Origin: Macrostomum lignano
Lineage: Eukaryota
Direction of reading: 5' to 3'
Length of the DNA: 64,000 bases
Assembly (NCBI GenBank): GCA_002269645.1
Contig: NIVC01002611.1
Location: 62,001-126,000, forward strand
Numbering within the stretch: the stretch's first letter is position 1; the number at the start of each line of letters is the position of its first letter. The notes under the pieces are model-generated. The model was not told the DNA's origin, searched no databases, and was given only the letters and a program-made list of their open reading frames with translations. Below are positions 48,974-62,479 of this stretch, piece after piece. A program made the position numbers and the translations under genes.

Positions 48974-49968
48974 CTAGGCATTGAAGCTGAGCATAACCTC
49001 CAGCCAGCAGGGACAATAGATGATGTCCTGTCTCTGATAGGCCGCTCCGAAGCCTTTCACAAAGCTCAGGCGGACAGTGAACGGGTCGGCGGCGGCCGGG
49101 GAGCACAGCTGGTTCAGCTGGCCGAGGCGGCGGGCCCGGCACAGCAGTCCGGCAGCTGAAGAGTCGAAAGCCTTCAAGCAGTAGCCAGGCGGCAGCTTCA
49201 CGGCCTGATAGGGCCCGGCGCTAGATGCCGCCGCGGATGACAACGACAGAGGCTGCAACGTCGGCGAGTGGACAAACACGGCGTGGTCGGATTGATTGAA
49301 GATCATCAGCTCCGTGGCGTCCGTCGCCGCGTCGTCGCCAACGTCGTCGTTATTGACGTCCCCGTCGCTGTCGTCTTCGAATTCGAACTGGCATCGCTTC
49401 TGACGGTGCTGTCGTCGGCGTCGACGTCGGCGCCGTACCAGCGCCACCCCGGCGCCAATTTTGGCGCGAGTCTTGGCGGCCTGTCTGGCCAATTCGCCAT
49501 CGGGATCGACGGCTACGCCGGCGGGAACGGCAGCGGCGGCGGTTGCAGCGGCGGCCGACAGGGACTCCAGCGACATCACGCTGTCGCTTCCGGTTCCGGC
49601 TACTGGACCGCGCTGGCAGATGCGGAACACGGAGTCTCGAACCCGGGCTAACTGACCGATCCGGCTGCGGCCTTCCCAGTAGGCCACTGCGCACCAGTAG
49701 GCCTGATGCCGCTGCTCTGACAGGGCTGCATTAACGTTGCCTGCGGTTTCGGCATCCGCCATGGAAGCCGCTGCGGCAGTGGACGAGTGCGCATCGGACA
49801 CCGAAGCGGAGTAGCAGCAGCAGCAAGAGCAGCAGCTGCAACTGCCGCAGCCTCCGCCGCCGCTGCTGCTGCCGCCGCTGCAAGTGTCCCGATGCTGCTG
49901 CTGATGCTGCTGGACGGCGCTGCTAGTTGTGGTGAGCCAACTTTTGCGGCTGGCCGACAGTAGCGAGT
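48974..49968 (-). CDS. SMAD6/7: Inhibitory Smad, last exon with MH2 domain
   Basis: YWCAVAYWEGRSRIG...IFNQSDHAVFVHSPTL...KLPPGYCLKAFD...DPFTVRLSFVKGFG...CPCWLEVML; no C-terminal SSxS, consistent with an I-Smad. Confidence 0.93.
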
Positions 49969-50019
49969 CTGCGGTTTCAACAGAGGTCAAGGTGGATAAC
50001 TGGGCTTGAAAGTGGATAA

Positions 50020-50925
50020 CAGCCTGAAGGGGGATAACAGCCTGAAGGGGGATAACAGCCTGAAGGGGGATAACAGCCTGAAGGGGGATAACAGCCTGAA
50101 GGGGGATAACAGCCTGAAGGGGGATAACAGCCTGAAGGGGGATAACAGCCTGAAGGGGATAACACTCAGTCTGAAGGGGATAACAGCCTGAAGGGATAAC
50201 AGCCTGAAGGGGATAAAAGCCTGAGGGGATAACAGCCTAAAGATGATAACAGCTTAAAGGGGATAACAGGGCTTGAAAGTGGATAAAAGACTGAAGGGGG
50301 ATAACAGCCTGAAGGGGGATAACAGCCTGAAAGGGATAACACTCAGTCTGAAGGGGATAACAGCCCGAAGGGGATAACACTCAGTCTGAAGGGGATAACA
50401 GCCTGAAGGGGATAACAGCCTGAAGGGGATAACAGCCTGAGGGGGGTGACAGCCTGAAGGGATAACAGCCTGAAAGGGATAACACTCAGTCTGAAGGGGA
50501 TAAACAGTCTGAAGGGGATAACAGCCTGAAGGGATAACAGCCTGAAGGGATAACAGCCTGAAGGGATAACACTCAGTCTGAAGGGGATAACAGCCTGAAG
50601 GGGGGTGACAGCCTGAAGGGATAACAGCCTGAAGGGGATAACAGCCTGAAGGGATAACAGCCTGAAGGGGATAACAGCCTGAGGGGGGTGACAGCCTGAA
50701 GGGATAACAGCCTGAAAGGGATAACACTCAGTCTGAAGGGGATAAACAGTCTGAAGGGGATAACAGCCTGAAGGGATAACAGCCTGAAGGGATAACAGCC
50801 TGAAGGGATAACACTCAGTCTGAAGGGGATAACAGCCTGAAGGGGATAACAGCCTGAAGAGATAACAGCCTGAAGGGATAACAGCCTGAAGGGGATAACA
50901 GCCTGAAGGGATAATAGCCTGAATT
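50020..50925. repeat. 17-20-bp minisatellite in the last Smad intron
   Basis: Unit ~AAGGGGGATAACAGCCTG. Confidence 0.96.
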
Positions 50926-50993
50926 TTGTGAATGACCCAATCTGTGATTCATGCAACCGGCTACAGCAGGTTATCGCATAAAAAAAGCCTTAC

Positions 50994-51092
50994 CGCTACT
51001 GCAGCCAGATGAGGACACTTCATTGTCTGACAGGGCAATCAGAGGCTGCTTCAGCTCCAGCTCACTCAGTCTGTCAATCAGGCTGTGCAGAT
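50994..51092 (-). CDS. SMAD6/7: Inhibitory Smad, linker exon
   Basis: TTTACAG|DLHSLIDRLSELELKQPLIALSDNEVSSSGCSS|GTAAGG; 99 bp, phase 1/1, bridges the flanking exons. Confidence 0.75.
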
Positions 51093-53444
51093 CTGTAAAT
51101 TAGAGAAAACAGTAGTAATAGTAAAATGAAATAAAACAAAACATATTGCTTTAACAGTTTCCGACCTGCCCTATTTGACCATTTAACACGGCTGTAGGGC
51201 GCAGATAAAAGCAGAGGATGGACCCACCGGGAAGCAGCTAGTTCTGTTTATTTATACCACTGTGCACAACGCTGCCTTAGTTTATATGGACAGGTAGGGC
51301 TATAAATGGGAATAGCCAAGCCAAGGTACTGAAACTACCGTACATATTAGAATATTACAAATATTTTAGCTTCGGTCAAACAAACAGAAAGACCCATGGG
51401 CCATATAGTTATATAAGCGTTGCCAATATCAAAGCAAACAGAGCTGGGACTTTCATCTCAGAATTGAAAATGCTCGAATTGATTGATTGATCGATTGATT
51501 GAATTAAAGCCAATAAACGCTTCTGGCTATATTGGCTAAGCGACCGGAACCTCACTGTTAAAAGGTCCATATTCAATCATTCGATCAAGAGTTTTCGATC
51601 AACAAAGCCAAAGAAGAGAGGCGGAGTCTGGACAGGGCAAACAGACGCTGTCATAATCGAGCATGCATATAAAGCGACATGAAGGACATGAAGGATTATC
51701 GATAAACAAAAACACGCACACACACACCTGGGGCCTTGGACCCATAGTGCGATCATTCTCTCTATAACATTGCATAGGGAAGGGCGGCAGTGGATGATGG
51801 GCCAGAGAGAGGCTGGATGATGATGAATTAGAGAAATTGAGTGCCGCGGGATGATGGAGAAGGCGCCAGGCAGGAGGAGGAGGGGGTTAATTTAAGCAGC
51901 CGCTTCTAGAGTTAATGACGATGAGAACGGAAAGAAGGCAATGATGATAGCTGCCGCACAATTGAATTTGGATAGCTGCATAAATGCTGGTACCTCGTAG
52001 CCGCTTTAAAACTAATCGAAATGAAATACGCAAGCATTGAATAATTGCTTGACAAAAAAGGCAGGCAGGCAGGCAGGCAGAGATCAAAAGGAAGGCGACG
52101 GCTCCTGCGCCGGCGCCAGCGAAAATCAAAGCAATCAACGAACGAACGAGAAAAACACGGGAGTCGCTACAAAATGTGGAGATAGCAATGAATCGAAATA
52201 GCCAGACAGATGCGGACTAACGGCGCCTGATCAGATCATAGATAGCAGAGACTGAACAGTCAGTCAGTTGAGACAGCTTAATGCTTGAAGAGTTACTTGA
52301 ACTGAGACAGACACAGACAGTTATATATAGGCACCAGCGGGGCAAGTGAATGCGAATAAATGCAAATTTGAGCCGGCTAAACAGCCAAGCTTAGAGCAGC
52401 CCGCAGTCGCCGCCCGCCGGTTAGCCCGACTGACGCCCTGATGCGATGGCGCCGAGATAACCCCCCCCCCCGGTCGGAGCCGCCACCGCCGCCCCGTCTT
52501 CTCTTATATACTGTATTCTCTATATAGACTGCCTGTGTGGCGTCTTGCCTGGCAACACATAAACAGTTAAAGGGAGAACAGCTGCAGCAGTCACAGAAAC
52601 AATAAATCTAATAGAATTAGGGATTTAGAGAGTAAGAATACTGAGCTAGGTAGTCTAGACCGCCTGCTTCTCTTTTCTAGGGGACTTTTTATTGCTGCTT
52701 TTTTCTACTTCTCAACTATCCTTAGCCCTACAAACAGACAGCAGAATTACAATCCGAAAGCGAAATTCAAAATAGGCATCAGAATTCGGATATGTGAAAG
52801 ATTGTGCAGATAGATAGGTATTGCATTTAGGGGAACAGATAGCGGTAAGGAAGAACGAGAGCTATATGATAGAAAGGACAAAATATACACACATATAGGG
52901 AGAAAGATATAGTCTAAATTTCAGGGGGAAGTCTGTCATCCCATGGCTTTTACTGAAAGCGCGCCCAGTAGAACTATGGCATGGGTATTAATAACATTGC
53001 GTGCAAAGGTTTACAAGCCAGCCGAAAAATATACACGAAACTACACGATAGCGGCATATTTACAGGCCTAGGCTAAGGCTTGCTATCTATTCTGTTCTAC
53101 CCCAGCCACCCGGCTACATAGCCACTTAATCTGGTGGACTACTAGAAGAGATTAGCTTATAAAATATAGAAGATATTTCTTGCATTCAAATATCAGAAAA
53201 TGCAATCAGACTAATCGGTTATTTGATTAGGTCTATAGCTTGATTTAATAACGCAATGCTTCCACATTTATGTCATTGAGTTTGTCTATATTTGAGACAG
53301 ATTTTAGACCGTGTGCCCACAATTTCAGACAACTAGGTTTGACTGATATTAATTACGAGTATTGTGACATTGAACTATCGAAGACCTGTAAATACCGATT
53401 TTATCGCCGCTTAACATTATTTTAGGAGCCGCTAAGCATCAAGG

Positions 53445-54350
53445 ATGAGTTAAACATGATTTAGGATCCGATAAACATGATTTAGGATCCGATAAACATG
53501 ATTTAGGATCCGATAAACATGATTTAGGATCCGATAAACATGATTTAGGATCCGATAACATGATTTAGGATCCGATAAACATGATTTAGGATCCGATAAA
53601 CATGATTTAGGATCCGATAAACATGATTTAGGATCCGATAAACATGATTTAGGAACCGATAAACATCCTTTAGAAGCCGTTAAAGTATCATTTAGGAGCG
53701 GATAAACCTGATTTAGGATCCGATAAACATCCTTTAGAAGTCGTTAAGCATCATTTAGGAGCTGATAAACATGATTTAGGATCCGATAAACATCCTTTAG
53801 AAGCCGTTAAGCATCATTTAGGAGCGGATAAACCTGATTTAGGATCCGATAAACATCCTTTAGAAGCCGTTAAGCATCATTTAGGAGCGGATAAACCTGA
53901 TTTAGGATCCGATAAACATCCTTTAGAAGCCGTTAAGCATCATTTAGGAGCGGATAAACCTGATTTAGGATCCGATAAACATCCTTTAGAAGTCGTTAAG
54001 CATCATTTAGGAGCGGATAAACATGATTTAGGATCCGATAAACATCCTTTAGAAGCCGTTAAGCATCATTTAGGAGCGGATAAACCTGATTTAGGATCCG
54101 ATAAACATCCTTTAGAAGCCGTTAAGCATCATTTAGGAGCGGATAAACCTGATTTAGGATCCGATAAACATCCTTTAGAAGCCGTTAAGCATCATTTAGG
54201 AGCGGATAAACCTGATTTAGGATCCGATAAACATCCTTCAGAAGTCGTTAAGCATCATTTAGGAGCGGATAAACATGATTTAGGAGCCGTAAACCTGATT
54301 TAGGAGCCGATAAACATGAGTTAGGAGCCGAAAAACGTGATTTAGAAGCC
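53445..54350. repeat. 21-bp minisatellite with a 63-bp higher-order repeat
   Basis: AAACATGATTTAGGATCCGAT monomers grading into a three-variant higher-order unit. Confidence 0.95.
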
Positions 54351-55094
54351 GTGAACACCAATTGACGCGTATGCTATTGTTCAAGCGCCATCCTTACATT
54401 TCGGGCCAATAAATTCTTCGCCCAAAGCAAACGCATTGCGTCCCTCACATCTTTTTGTTTGTTTGTCAAAAAGGTGACGGAGGAATAGAGAGAGGGGGAC
54501 TATGAAAATATCTGTATATAAATGTATAACCTCGGAAGACATTTTATAGGTGTACATCTATTAGGATTGCAGAATTTCAAGCATTTAGAAATGGAATGGC
54601 CTCCAGCTGTTAACACACGGTGACTTGTGTGAGTATGTGCTGAGTGTTGGTGGCAGGGCTGTGACCGGGGAAGGGCAGACCAGGAAGGGGAGCAGCTCTG
54701 GGGGGTCTGGGGGCGCGGGGCTTAGAGGCCAAAGCTCCATATAAGATTAGCCCCGCTACTCCGCGCGTGCCAACAGCTGCGCTTTGCTGCGTTCAAACAG
54801 AAAAAAAGAAAAAAGAAAACGGGAATTAATAGAATAGGGTAAATGCCAATAGGAAAAGTGAGAGGCGCGAAAGACACTCCCTTAGCCTCTAATTCCCCCC
54901 CCTCCCCGGCAATGGAACAGGCACAGAGATCCGCAATGAAATAAATGGAATGCGTTCAGAGGCGCGTGTGAGAGGGCGAGAGGGATTATCACACCTTCGG
55001 AGGGAAGGAATGCTAGGTCTGTTATTACTATTAGTATTGCTCAACATAACCACATAAGAGTACGCTCGTAAGCAGTGTGTGGGCTTGCTAAGCA

Positions 55095-55262
55095 CAAACT
55101 ATCAGAAGCGCGCAAGCCGTTAGAAGCGCGCACTGTCAGAAGCGCAAACTATCAGAAGCGCGCAAGCCGTTAGAAGCGCGCAGTCAGAAGCGCAAACTAT
55201 CAGAAGCGCGCAAGCCGTTAGAAGCGCGCACTGTCAGGAGCGCAAACTATCAGAAGCGCGCA
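55095..55262. repeat. ~52-54-bp tandem repeat, about 3 copies
   Basis: AACTATCAGAAGCGCGCAAGCCGTTAGAAGCGCGC units. Confidence 0.88.
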
Positions 55263-56021
55263 AATTGTCTTGCGACAAAGCAATCGTGTGCAAAGTGCGT
55301 TCGAATGCTAATAAAACCCAGTCAAGCCTGCTCTAAAACAAATGATGACTATAGAAACACGCCAGTTACGATGAGCAGTAATAAAACAATCTAAGAAACA
55401 AAGGTAAAAAGCTAATCCATTCCAATGTGTCGTGTAGACGAACGGCACGCCAGTAGAGAGGAGAGAGAGAAAGCGAAAGCCTCACTACACTATTAATATT
55501 GATGCCGCCATTGCGCCGCTAATTGCAATTCACACCCTCAAGACTAACCTGCCCTCTCATCAGGTATTGTTATTATTTATTCATCAGATGGTCCCTCCGT
55601 CTGGGATTTGACGTCGTAGCTCTACTAACTAATAAGCGACAGCCGGGCCGCCTGTCACACTTGAGCTCACAATTCAAGGCGCCAAATATTGCCTCAGCGG
55701 AGATGGCGGAGGTGTCTGGAACACGCGAGACTGCAGAGCTTGTGACAAAGCATCCGGGGCACTGCAGGGAAAGACAATAAAAGGGATTAATACCATGGGG
55801 AACAGCTTGGAGCCTCTACACAAAGAGTCCAGCAGACCGAAGCCAACAAAGTGGAAACTGGAGAAAGGCTGATGTGCCCCGGGACACACGCCTCCTCTTG
55901 AGCTCTGTCGGATACCGCACTCCAACTGTCTCTTTCACTCACTCCAACCCATCTATCTCATTGCTGTCTATGATGAAGTAGAAAAAAAGCAAACACCAAA
56001 AGACCCTTATTGAATGAAGCG

Positions 56022-56197
<176 letters not shown>

Positions 56198-57077
56198 ACC
56201 CAATTTAAAGCATTAGCATGTCTAAACATATTTTCAGCATTACAGACTTAATAGGATTGCTCATGCTCATGCCCAGGCGGCAACCAGATTAAAAGACGAC
56301 ATTTACAATATCTTGCTTCAAGCCTCTTTAACTTCTTCAACATGCATCTACCTACACAGTGAATATTGCTTCCGCACCGAAATAATCCAACCCCTACCTA
56401 TTCACTACACCGCCACCAGACCTCGGGGCAGTTTTTCTTATCCGCAAAGCACACAATAATCTAACTACTGCACTACACACGTGCTGCGACCCGTTCTGAA
56501 CCAGGGCCCCCCTCCCGCCACCGACAGACTGGCGGCAGTATAAATGGGCTAGGGAGCTTGGGAAGAGACACGAAGGGTCACGATGGAAGGGCCGGCCTAG
56601 ACTGTTAGAGGGATAGAGTAAAGAGAGGGGGGTAAGTTGAAAAGAGAGCAAGGGCAGGTACGGAGGCAGGATTAACTATCTGGGGGGGGGGATAAAGGGA
56701 GGAAAGAGGCAGCTCACTAGCCTGACAGCCCCCTCTATCGGGGGTCACTTAGTCAAGGGGGGACTATTAACTGAGCTAATGGGGGCGTCTAACCAGTGAG
56801 GGGGGAAGCGGAGGGAGAGGGTCACAGAGACTCATTCTTCGGTCCAGTGTGTGTGAGTGTGTAAATCAAGTGCGCCGAGGGTTTGGGAGAGCTGTGGAGG
56901 AGGGGCCTCAGCGGCAGACAGAGAGGCCTCAGTGGCAGCAGAGTTAAGCTAAGCCCAGTCTAGTAAGTAAAAATGCCCGCACGCGCAGGCCCGTGGCGAC
57001 TCTTCCCCCCCCACCCTCTACGGTCCGAGGCCGGCTGGCCCCCGACAGCCAGCCGCCAGCGCCGCCGCTGCCGCCGC

Positions 57078-57109
<32 letters not shown>

Positions 57110-60100
57110 GCTGCAGCAGCACCCACTCTCTTCCCCCTCACGCCAAGGTGCCTGTCTGTCGGGGTTCTTTCTCTGTCTCTCTCTCTCTCTATTTCTTTCT
57201 CTATCTGAGAGGCCCCCCCTACCCAACTAAACAGAAGGAGAGACCAGACAGAACGGTGGGACAGGCCAGAGGCTTTATTAGACACACGGAGACACGAATT
57301 GCGACTTTTCTTTCTGCTGTCTCCCCCTCCCCTTCCCCCTCCCCCCACCGACCGCTCTGGCCTGACAAGAGGCAAAACTAGGGGACACACACAAGAGACT
57401 GCAATGGTCAGCAGCAGCCGCAGACAGATTCAAGCAAGAAAATTGAAAGAATAAAATAAATTTCATGCAGACAGAATAGAGAGAAGACTAACTAACAAGA
57501 ATGAGGTTGCTGGCTGAGTGAGTGGGGCCACCCTGACAGGCCCCGCCGCCGGACCTGTCGAGAGCGAACGGTGCCGCATAAAAAAGAAGCCATTTTAAGC
57601 GGCCGTCAGCTCCCCCCCCCACTCCCCAACCCCCCATAACTAAGCCGCCACTTAATTTTCCAACCGCAAATGACAGCAATGGCAGTTAGATCTGTACCAG
57701 TTATTATCGGCTTTTCAAGAGCCCTCAAGCCCCGCCCAGCAGCCAAACTGTCGCCAGTCGTAAGGCCATTCTGGTGGCAACCGAGCTGCAAAATTCGAAC
57801 TGTTGTCCTCCTAGGCTCCAGTTTGGCTAAATCTGTGTGCCCGCTATTTGTATTCCCGATAGGCCTCCCATAAACTAAAGGGATCTGTCTTACTACACCT
57901 CCAGCTATTCGCTTTCATAATTTCGATAGCTGATGCCGGCATCATTCAAGCATTCCGACATCGATCCCACCGCCGCCCGGCCCGACCGCCAGCCAAGCCA
58001 GTCGGCGCCAGTTATTTTTGTTTCAAGCCGACTTTCACTTGGCTATGTGGGCAACAAAAAAGCAGGAAAATGGAGGGAGACTGAGGTTGGCAGAGTCATT
58101 AGGCAAAGAAGGCGGCGCGCCCAACCCCCCCCCCAGCAAAAAATCGCAAAAAAGCAAACCTGTCATGTTTCATTAGACTGCTTCTCTACCAGACAGTGAC
58201 ACCCGCAATTTTGTTCGCCTACCTCCCCGACCGCTCGGATTCCCGACGATTCGCTCTGCTCCATTCCTCCCTTTCCGACGCACAACCATCATCATACGCT
58301 TTGAAAAAGAATTTAGAAAGCGCTCTATCCGCCTCTGCCGCCGCCAAACATTATTTCTGATTTTAGCTGTGTATTTAGTTAGCAAACAGTCAACAGGGAA
58401 ATGAGCAATCGGACCGAGACCAAGCGCCAATATATGTTATTTTTGTTCAAAAGCAAGGGAATCGAGCGCAAAACAAGAGGATGTAGGGAAATTTGAAACG
58501 AGCGCGGCGGCGGCTTTTCTCAGAGGATCAAGGGAGAGGGGGGGAACACGAAACAAGGAAGGAATGGAAAGTGGCAGACTGATCAGGCCGAGATGAAGAG
58601 ACGCGACGGAGAGGCTGTGGGGGGATTAGAAGAGGTCGGCGACTCTTTGTCGCGACAGTTGAACAACAACCAAACTCCTCTCTCTCTCCGCGGCTCTAGA
58701 GAGCGAAGCGACGGCGCGAGTTAATGGCGACGGCAATTTTTCCTCTTTTTCGGAGACTAAGTGAAAGTGGAGGAGGCAGACAGGCAGACAGACACAGACA
58801 GACAGGCCAGACAGAGAGTTGGCGAGCAACAAGCGATGGGAGAATTTTTTCAGCCGCAATCCACCGACCACCCAGCCCGAACCCTTGGTCCCATCCCAGG
58901 GCCTATAAGCTTTAAGTGCTTTAACCAAGCCAATTAGTTGGCCTAACAAAACGAACAGAACCTTGGCCTCTCGCTTCCCAACCTGCAATAGGCAAGGAGG
59001 TCAAGGAAGCCCCGCGACTCGACATTTTTCCACTCATTTGCCCTTCCTTGGCCGGATCTTCCCGTCTGGCCCCGTCATTAAGGGGGCGCCAGCGATTGCT
59101 AAACTAACTAAAAACCCTGCCTCTGTGCCAGTCCTCTCCCCTAACCTCTCTCATACACACTCGCGCTTCTAGGCATCTTCGGTAAGGCCTGTCTTCCTAT
59201 CTATTCGAACCCATCGGCTGCCTGTTGGCCACTTTTCGGTTGCGCTTCGGTGAAGCCGCGGCTGCGGTGCTGCCCACCAGAAAGAAAACTTTGCTGTTTT
59301 TCTGCTCTTGTTCTTAGTTCCATTACTCTTTCACTCGTACACCTGCTGCTCAAGTTTGCTCTGAGGCTTTTAGAAAGGAACATTAGCTTGCATTGGTGTC
59401 TTTCTTTCTTCTTCTTTTCTTCACTTTTAACCTTTGCTTGCAGCTTGAATCTCTCTTTCTAGTTTTGTTTGCTGCTCTTTTCCTCTTTTGCTAGTTAATA
59501 ATGTGCATACAAACGATTAGTCTCAATGGAAATGTCCTTATTGTAGAACTAACATACGTGTTTGTAAAAAGAAACTGAATTTATGCACAAATCAGAGCTT
59601 GAAATAAGATCAATTCAATTCATTACGGCTATCTATAAGCCCTATTAAAGTTATTATTTGCTTAATACTCACTTTTCTTATAACTCTAATAATGTATATG
59701 AGACTAAAGACTTGAGTCTTTTATACTGTAAAAAAGTCTTAGCCTACATTAAAATTACAATTAGATAATAATAAGACGACAGATTATAAATGCGGCACAT
59801 TAAAAAGAGAATTGAGAGAGGCGCCAGCTCGCGAGTTGTTGGCGCCTTAAAGGGGGAGGGAGGGAGGTGGTGCGGCGGCGGCGGACTACGGTGAAAGCAG
59901 CAAAAGGCCGCAGGCAGGCAGACAAGGCAGATAAGCAGCAAGCCTGTATGACAGACAGCGCAGAGTTGCTAGTTGTGTATGAGACCCAACATTTGCATTG
60001 AAATCTCTTTCTCTCCCCCTCAATGCGCGCACGCTATCAGGAATATTTTCCTTAGGCAAAGAAACGGCTCAAGCTGTGTTGAGGATTATGACATCCAATA

Positions 60101-60304
60101 GTTCAATATACAGTCAGCGGGCAGCTGCTTCATGGTATTTGAGATTGGAGAGGCCAATCAATGGAGTTCTATAAGACAGTCTAGACAGGCTTAAAAATAA
60201 AACCTGGCGCCTCACACCGGAGACAAAGGCGGCTATGAAAATAAAAAAAACACATTGCTCATCTAGTATTGAGAAGGCCGTATACGAACTGTATCTGCAT
60301 AAAG

Positions 60305-60675
60305 CAGGAGTCGGGAGACTGCGACCCTGAAGCCTCTCTATCCGGCCCTCGGGTCCTTTAAAACCGCTCGCTCATGGTTTGTCTCTTCTCTCCTCTCCTC
60401 TTCTATCTTTTCTCTCCTCTCTCATCTTCCTCCTCGTCTCTCTCATCTCTTCTCATCTCTTATCTTCTCTCGCCTCTCATCTCTCATCTCTTCTCTCTTT
60501 TCTCTCCTCTCCACTTCTCTCTTTTCTCTCCTCTCCGGTCTCCTCTCATCTTTCTTATCTCCTCTCTCCTCTTCTCTCTGATCTATTCTCCATTTATTTC
60601 TCACCTGGCCCGCAGCAACAGTGTTCCCGGTTTTTAACAACAACGGCGGTCGGTAAAACTCCCCCCCCCGTCTGA
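60305..60675. mobile_element. Second, right-end-degraded copy of the hAT MITE family
   Basis: Starts CAGGAGTCGGGAGACT; shares AAGCCTCTCTATCCGGCC..CGGGTCCTTT, the CT-rich core and GGCCCGCAG with 18477-18892. No clear right TIR. Confidence 0.65.
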
Positions 60676-61234
60676 AAGCTCTTGACTGGTTTTACGACAT
60701 CCTACCAGTTGCGTCTTGATTACTTTGACTTAAAGAATCGGAGGTAACACGGATACACATAGAAGCCTAATGCGCTTGTGGATTTAATTAACCTTAGCAT
60801 CATAATCAGGCTCCAGACCGGCTCCCAGACAGGCGATAAGGACTAAAAAAGAAAACCCCAAGACCTAGCGCCACATGCAAGGCCTTGGCCTCCTCAATCA
60901 GGCTGGCTGAGGATCGGTCAACGAGATAGCAGGGGAATTTGAGGGAGAATTACGGGCAACGGCAAGATCTGGTCAGCTATTTACAATCCAGTCTCGCCAG
61001 TACAGAATATCGTGTACCCCAATCCCATATAAGTGTAGTAATTCATTTCTTGTGCCACTGTCTACTCATTCATATGCCAAATTATTCTTACATTACCTAC
61101 GGATTATACATTATTATATACAGCCTGTGCCTAATAAGACAGGGAGAAATAAGAAAAAATTGGCTTTTCTAAACTACTAGGCACTATGGAACAATGTTTT
61201 TTTGTTAGATAAAGCCTCATTGATGGTAATAGTT

Positions 61235-61915
61235 TAGCGCCACAGGTGAGATTTTAAACGGGACTTAAGCGCCACAGGTAAGACTTTAGCGCCACAAGTG
61301 AGATTTTAGACGGGACTTTAGCGCCACAAGTGAGACATAAGCACCACAGGTGAGACTTTAGCGCCACAAGTGAGATTTTAGACGGGACTTTAGCGCCACA
61401 AGTGAGACTTAAGTGCCACCGGTGAGACTTTAGTACCACAGGTGAGACTTAAGTGCCACAGGTGAGACTTAAGTGCCACAGGTGAGACTTAAGTGCCACA
61501 GGTGAGACTTAAGTGCCACAGGTGAGACTTAAGCGCCACAGGTAAGACTTAAGCTCCACAGGTGAGACTTAAGCGCCACAGGTAAGACTTAAGCTCCACA
61601 GGTGAGACTTAAGTGCCACAGGTGAGACTTTAGTACCAACAGGTGAGACTTTAGTGCCACAGGTGAGACTTAATTACCACAGGTGAGACTTTAGTGCCAC
61701 AGGTGAGACTTTAGTGCCACAAGTGAGACTTAATTACCACAGGTGAGACTTTAGTACCAACAGGTGAGACTTTAGTGCCACAGGTGAGACTTTAGTGCCA
61801 CAGGTGAGACTTAATTACCACAGGTGAGACTTTAGTACCACAGGTGAGACTTAAGCGCCACAGGTGAGACTTAAGCGCCACAGGTGAGACTTAAGCGCCA
61901 CAGGTAAGACTTTAG
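61235..61915. repeat. 20-21-bp minisatellite next to the Smad exon 1 donor
   Basis: Unit ~GCCACAGGTGAGACTTAAGT. Confidence 0.96.
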
Positions 61916-61956
61916 ACGAGAAGCACAGATAATATAATACACCAAGCCGAACTCAC

Positions 61957-62479
61957 CAGGTGCAACAGTGAGAGTCCGATAAAAATGAAACGGATTAATG
62001 CACTGGCCGGACACTTTACTGCAGCAGGCCTCAGTCATTGGCGTCAGCGTCTCGGTTGCGGTCAGGTCCGGATAGCGCCAGGCACGAAGGCAGAGCTGGC
62101 GAGCGTTGACCTGGTGCCGGCCGAGTTGCAGATTGGTGCCGCCGGCGTCGCTGCTCGGTTCCAGCCGGACACAGTCGGACTGCCCGCCGGTGCCAATCTC
62201 GATGGCTTGAGAAAGTTTAGCCAACCGATCGCTGCGCTGCAGATGCTTCATCAAGGCGTGCAGCTGGCCGTGCAAATCTCTGCCGCCGCTGATGCCGCCG
62301 CCTTCGTCCTCAGAGTCATCCGCATCTACCGACGGCGGCTGCGGCAGAATGCGGGCAAGCAATTTTCTTGTTGAAATTTTGCCGCTGCCGCCAACAGATG
62401 GAGACTGCAGCAGCTTCTTGCTAGACGATGACGGCGATGACGATTTCTTTTTTGGCGATCCGGCGAGACAGGAGAACAT
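61957..62479 (-). CDS. SMAD6/7: Inhibitory Smad (Smad6/7-like), exon 1, divergent MH1
   Basis: MFSCLAG...DCVRL...LCLRAWRYPDL...CCS...CINPFHFYR; donor G|GTGAGT in phase 1. Confidence 0.88.

Noticed and set aside
61235-61915. Many perfect CAG|GTGAG donor-like sites in the minisatellite
   Set aside because: They lie on the + strand, antisense to the Smad transcript; no + strand gene is evident there.
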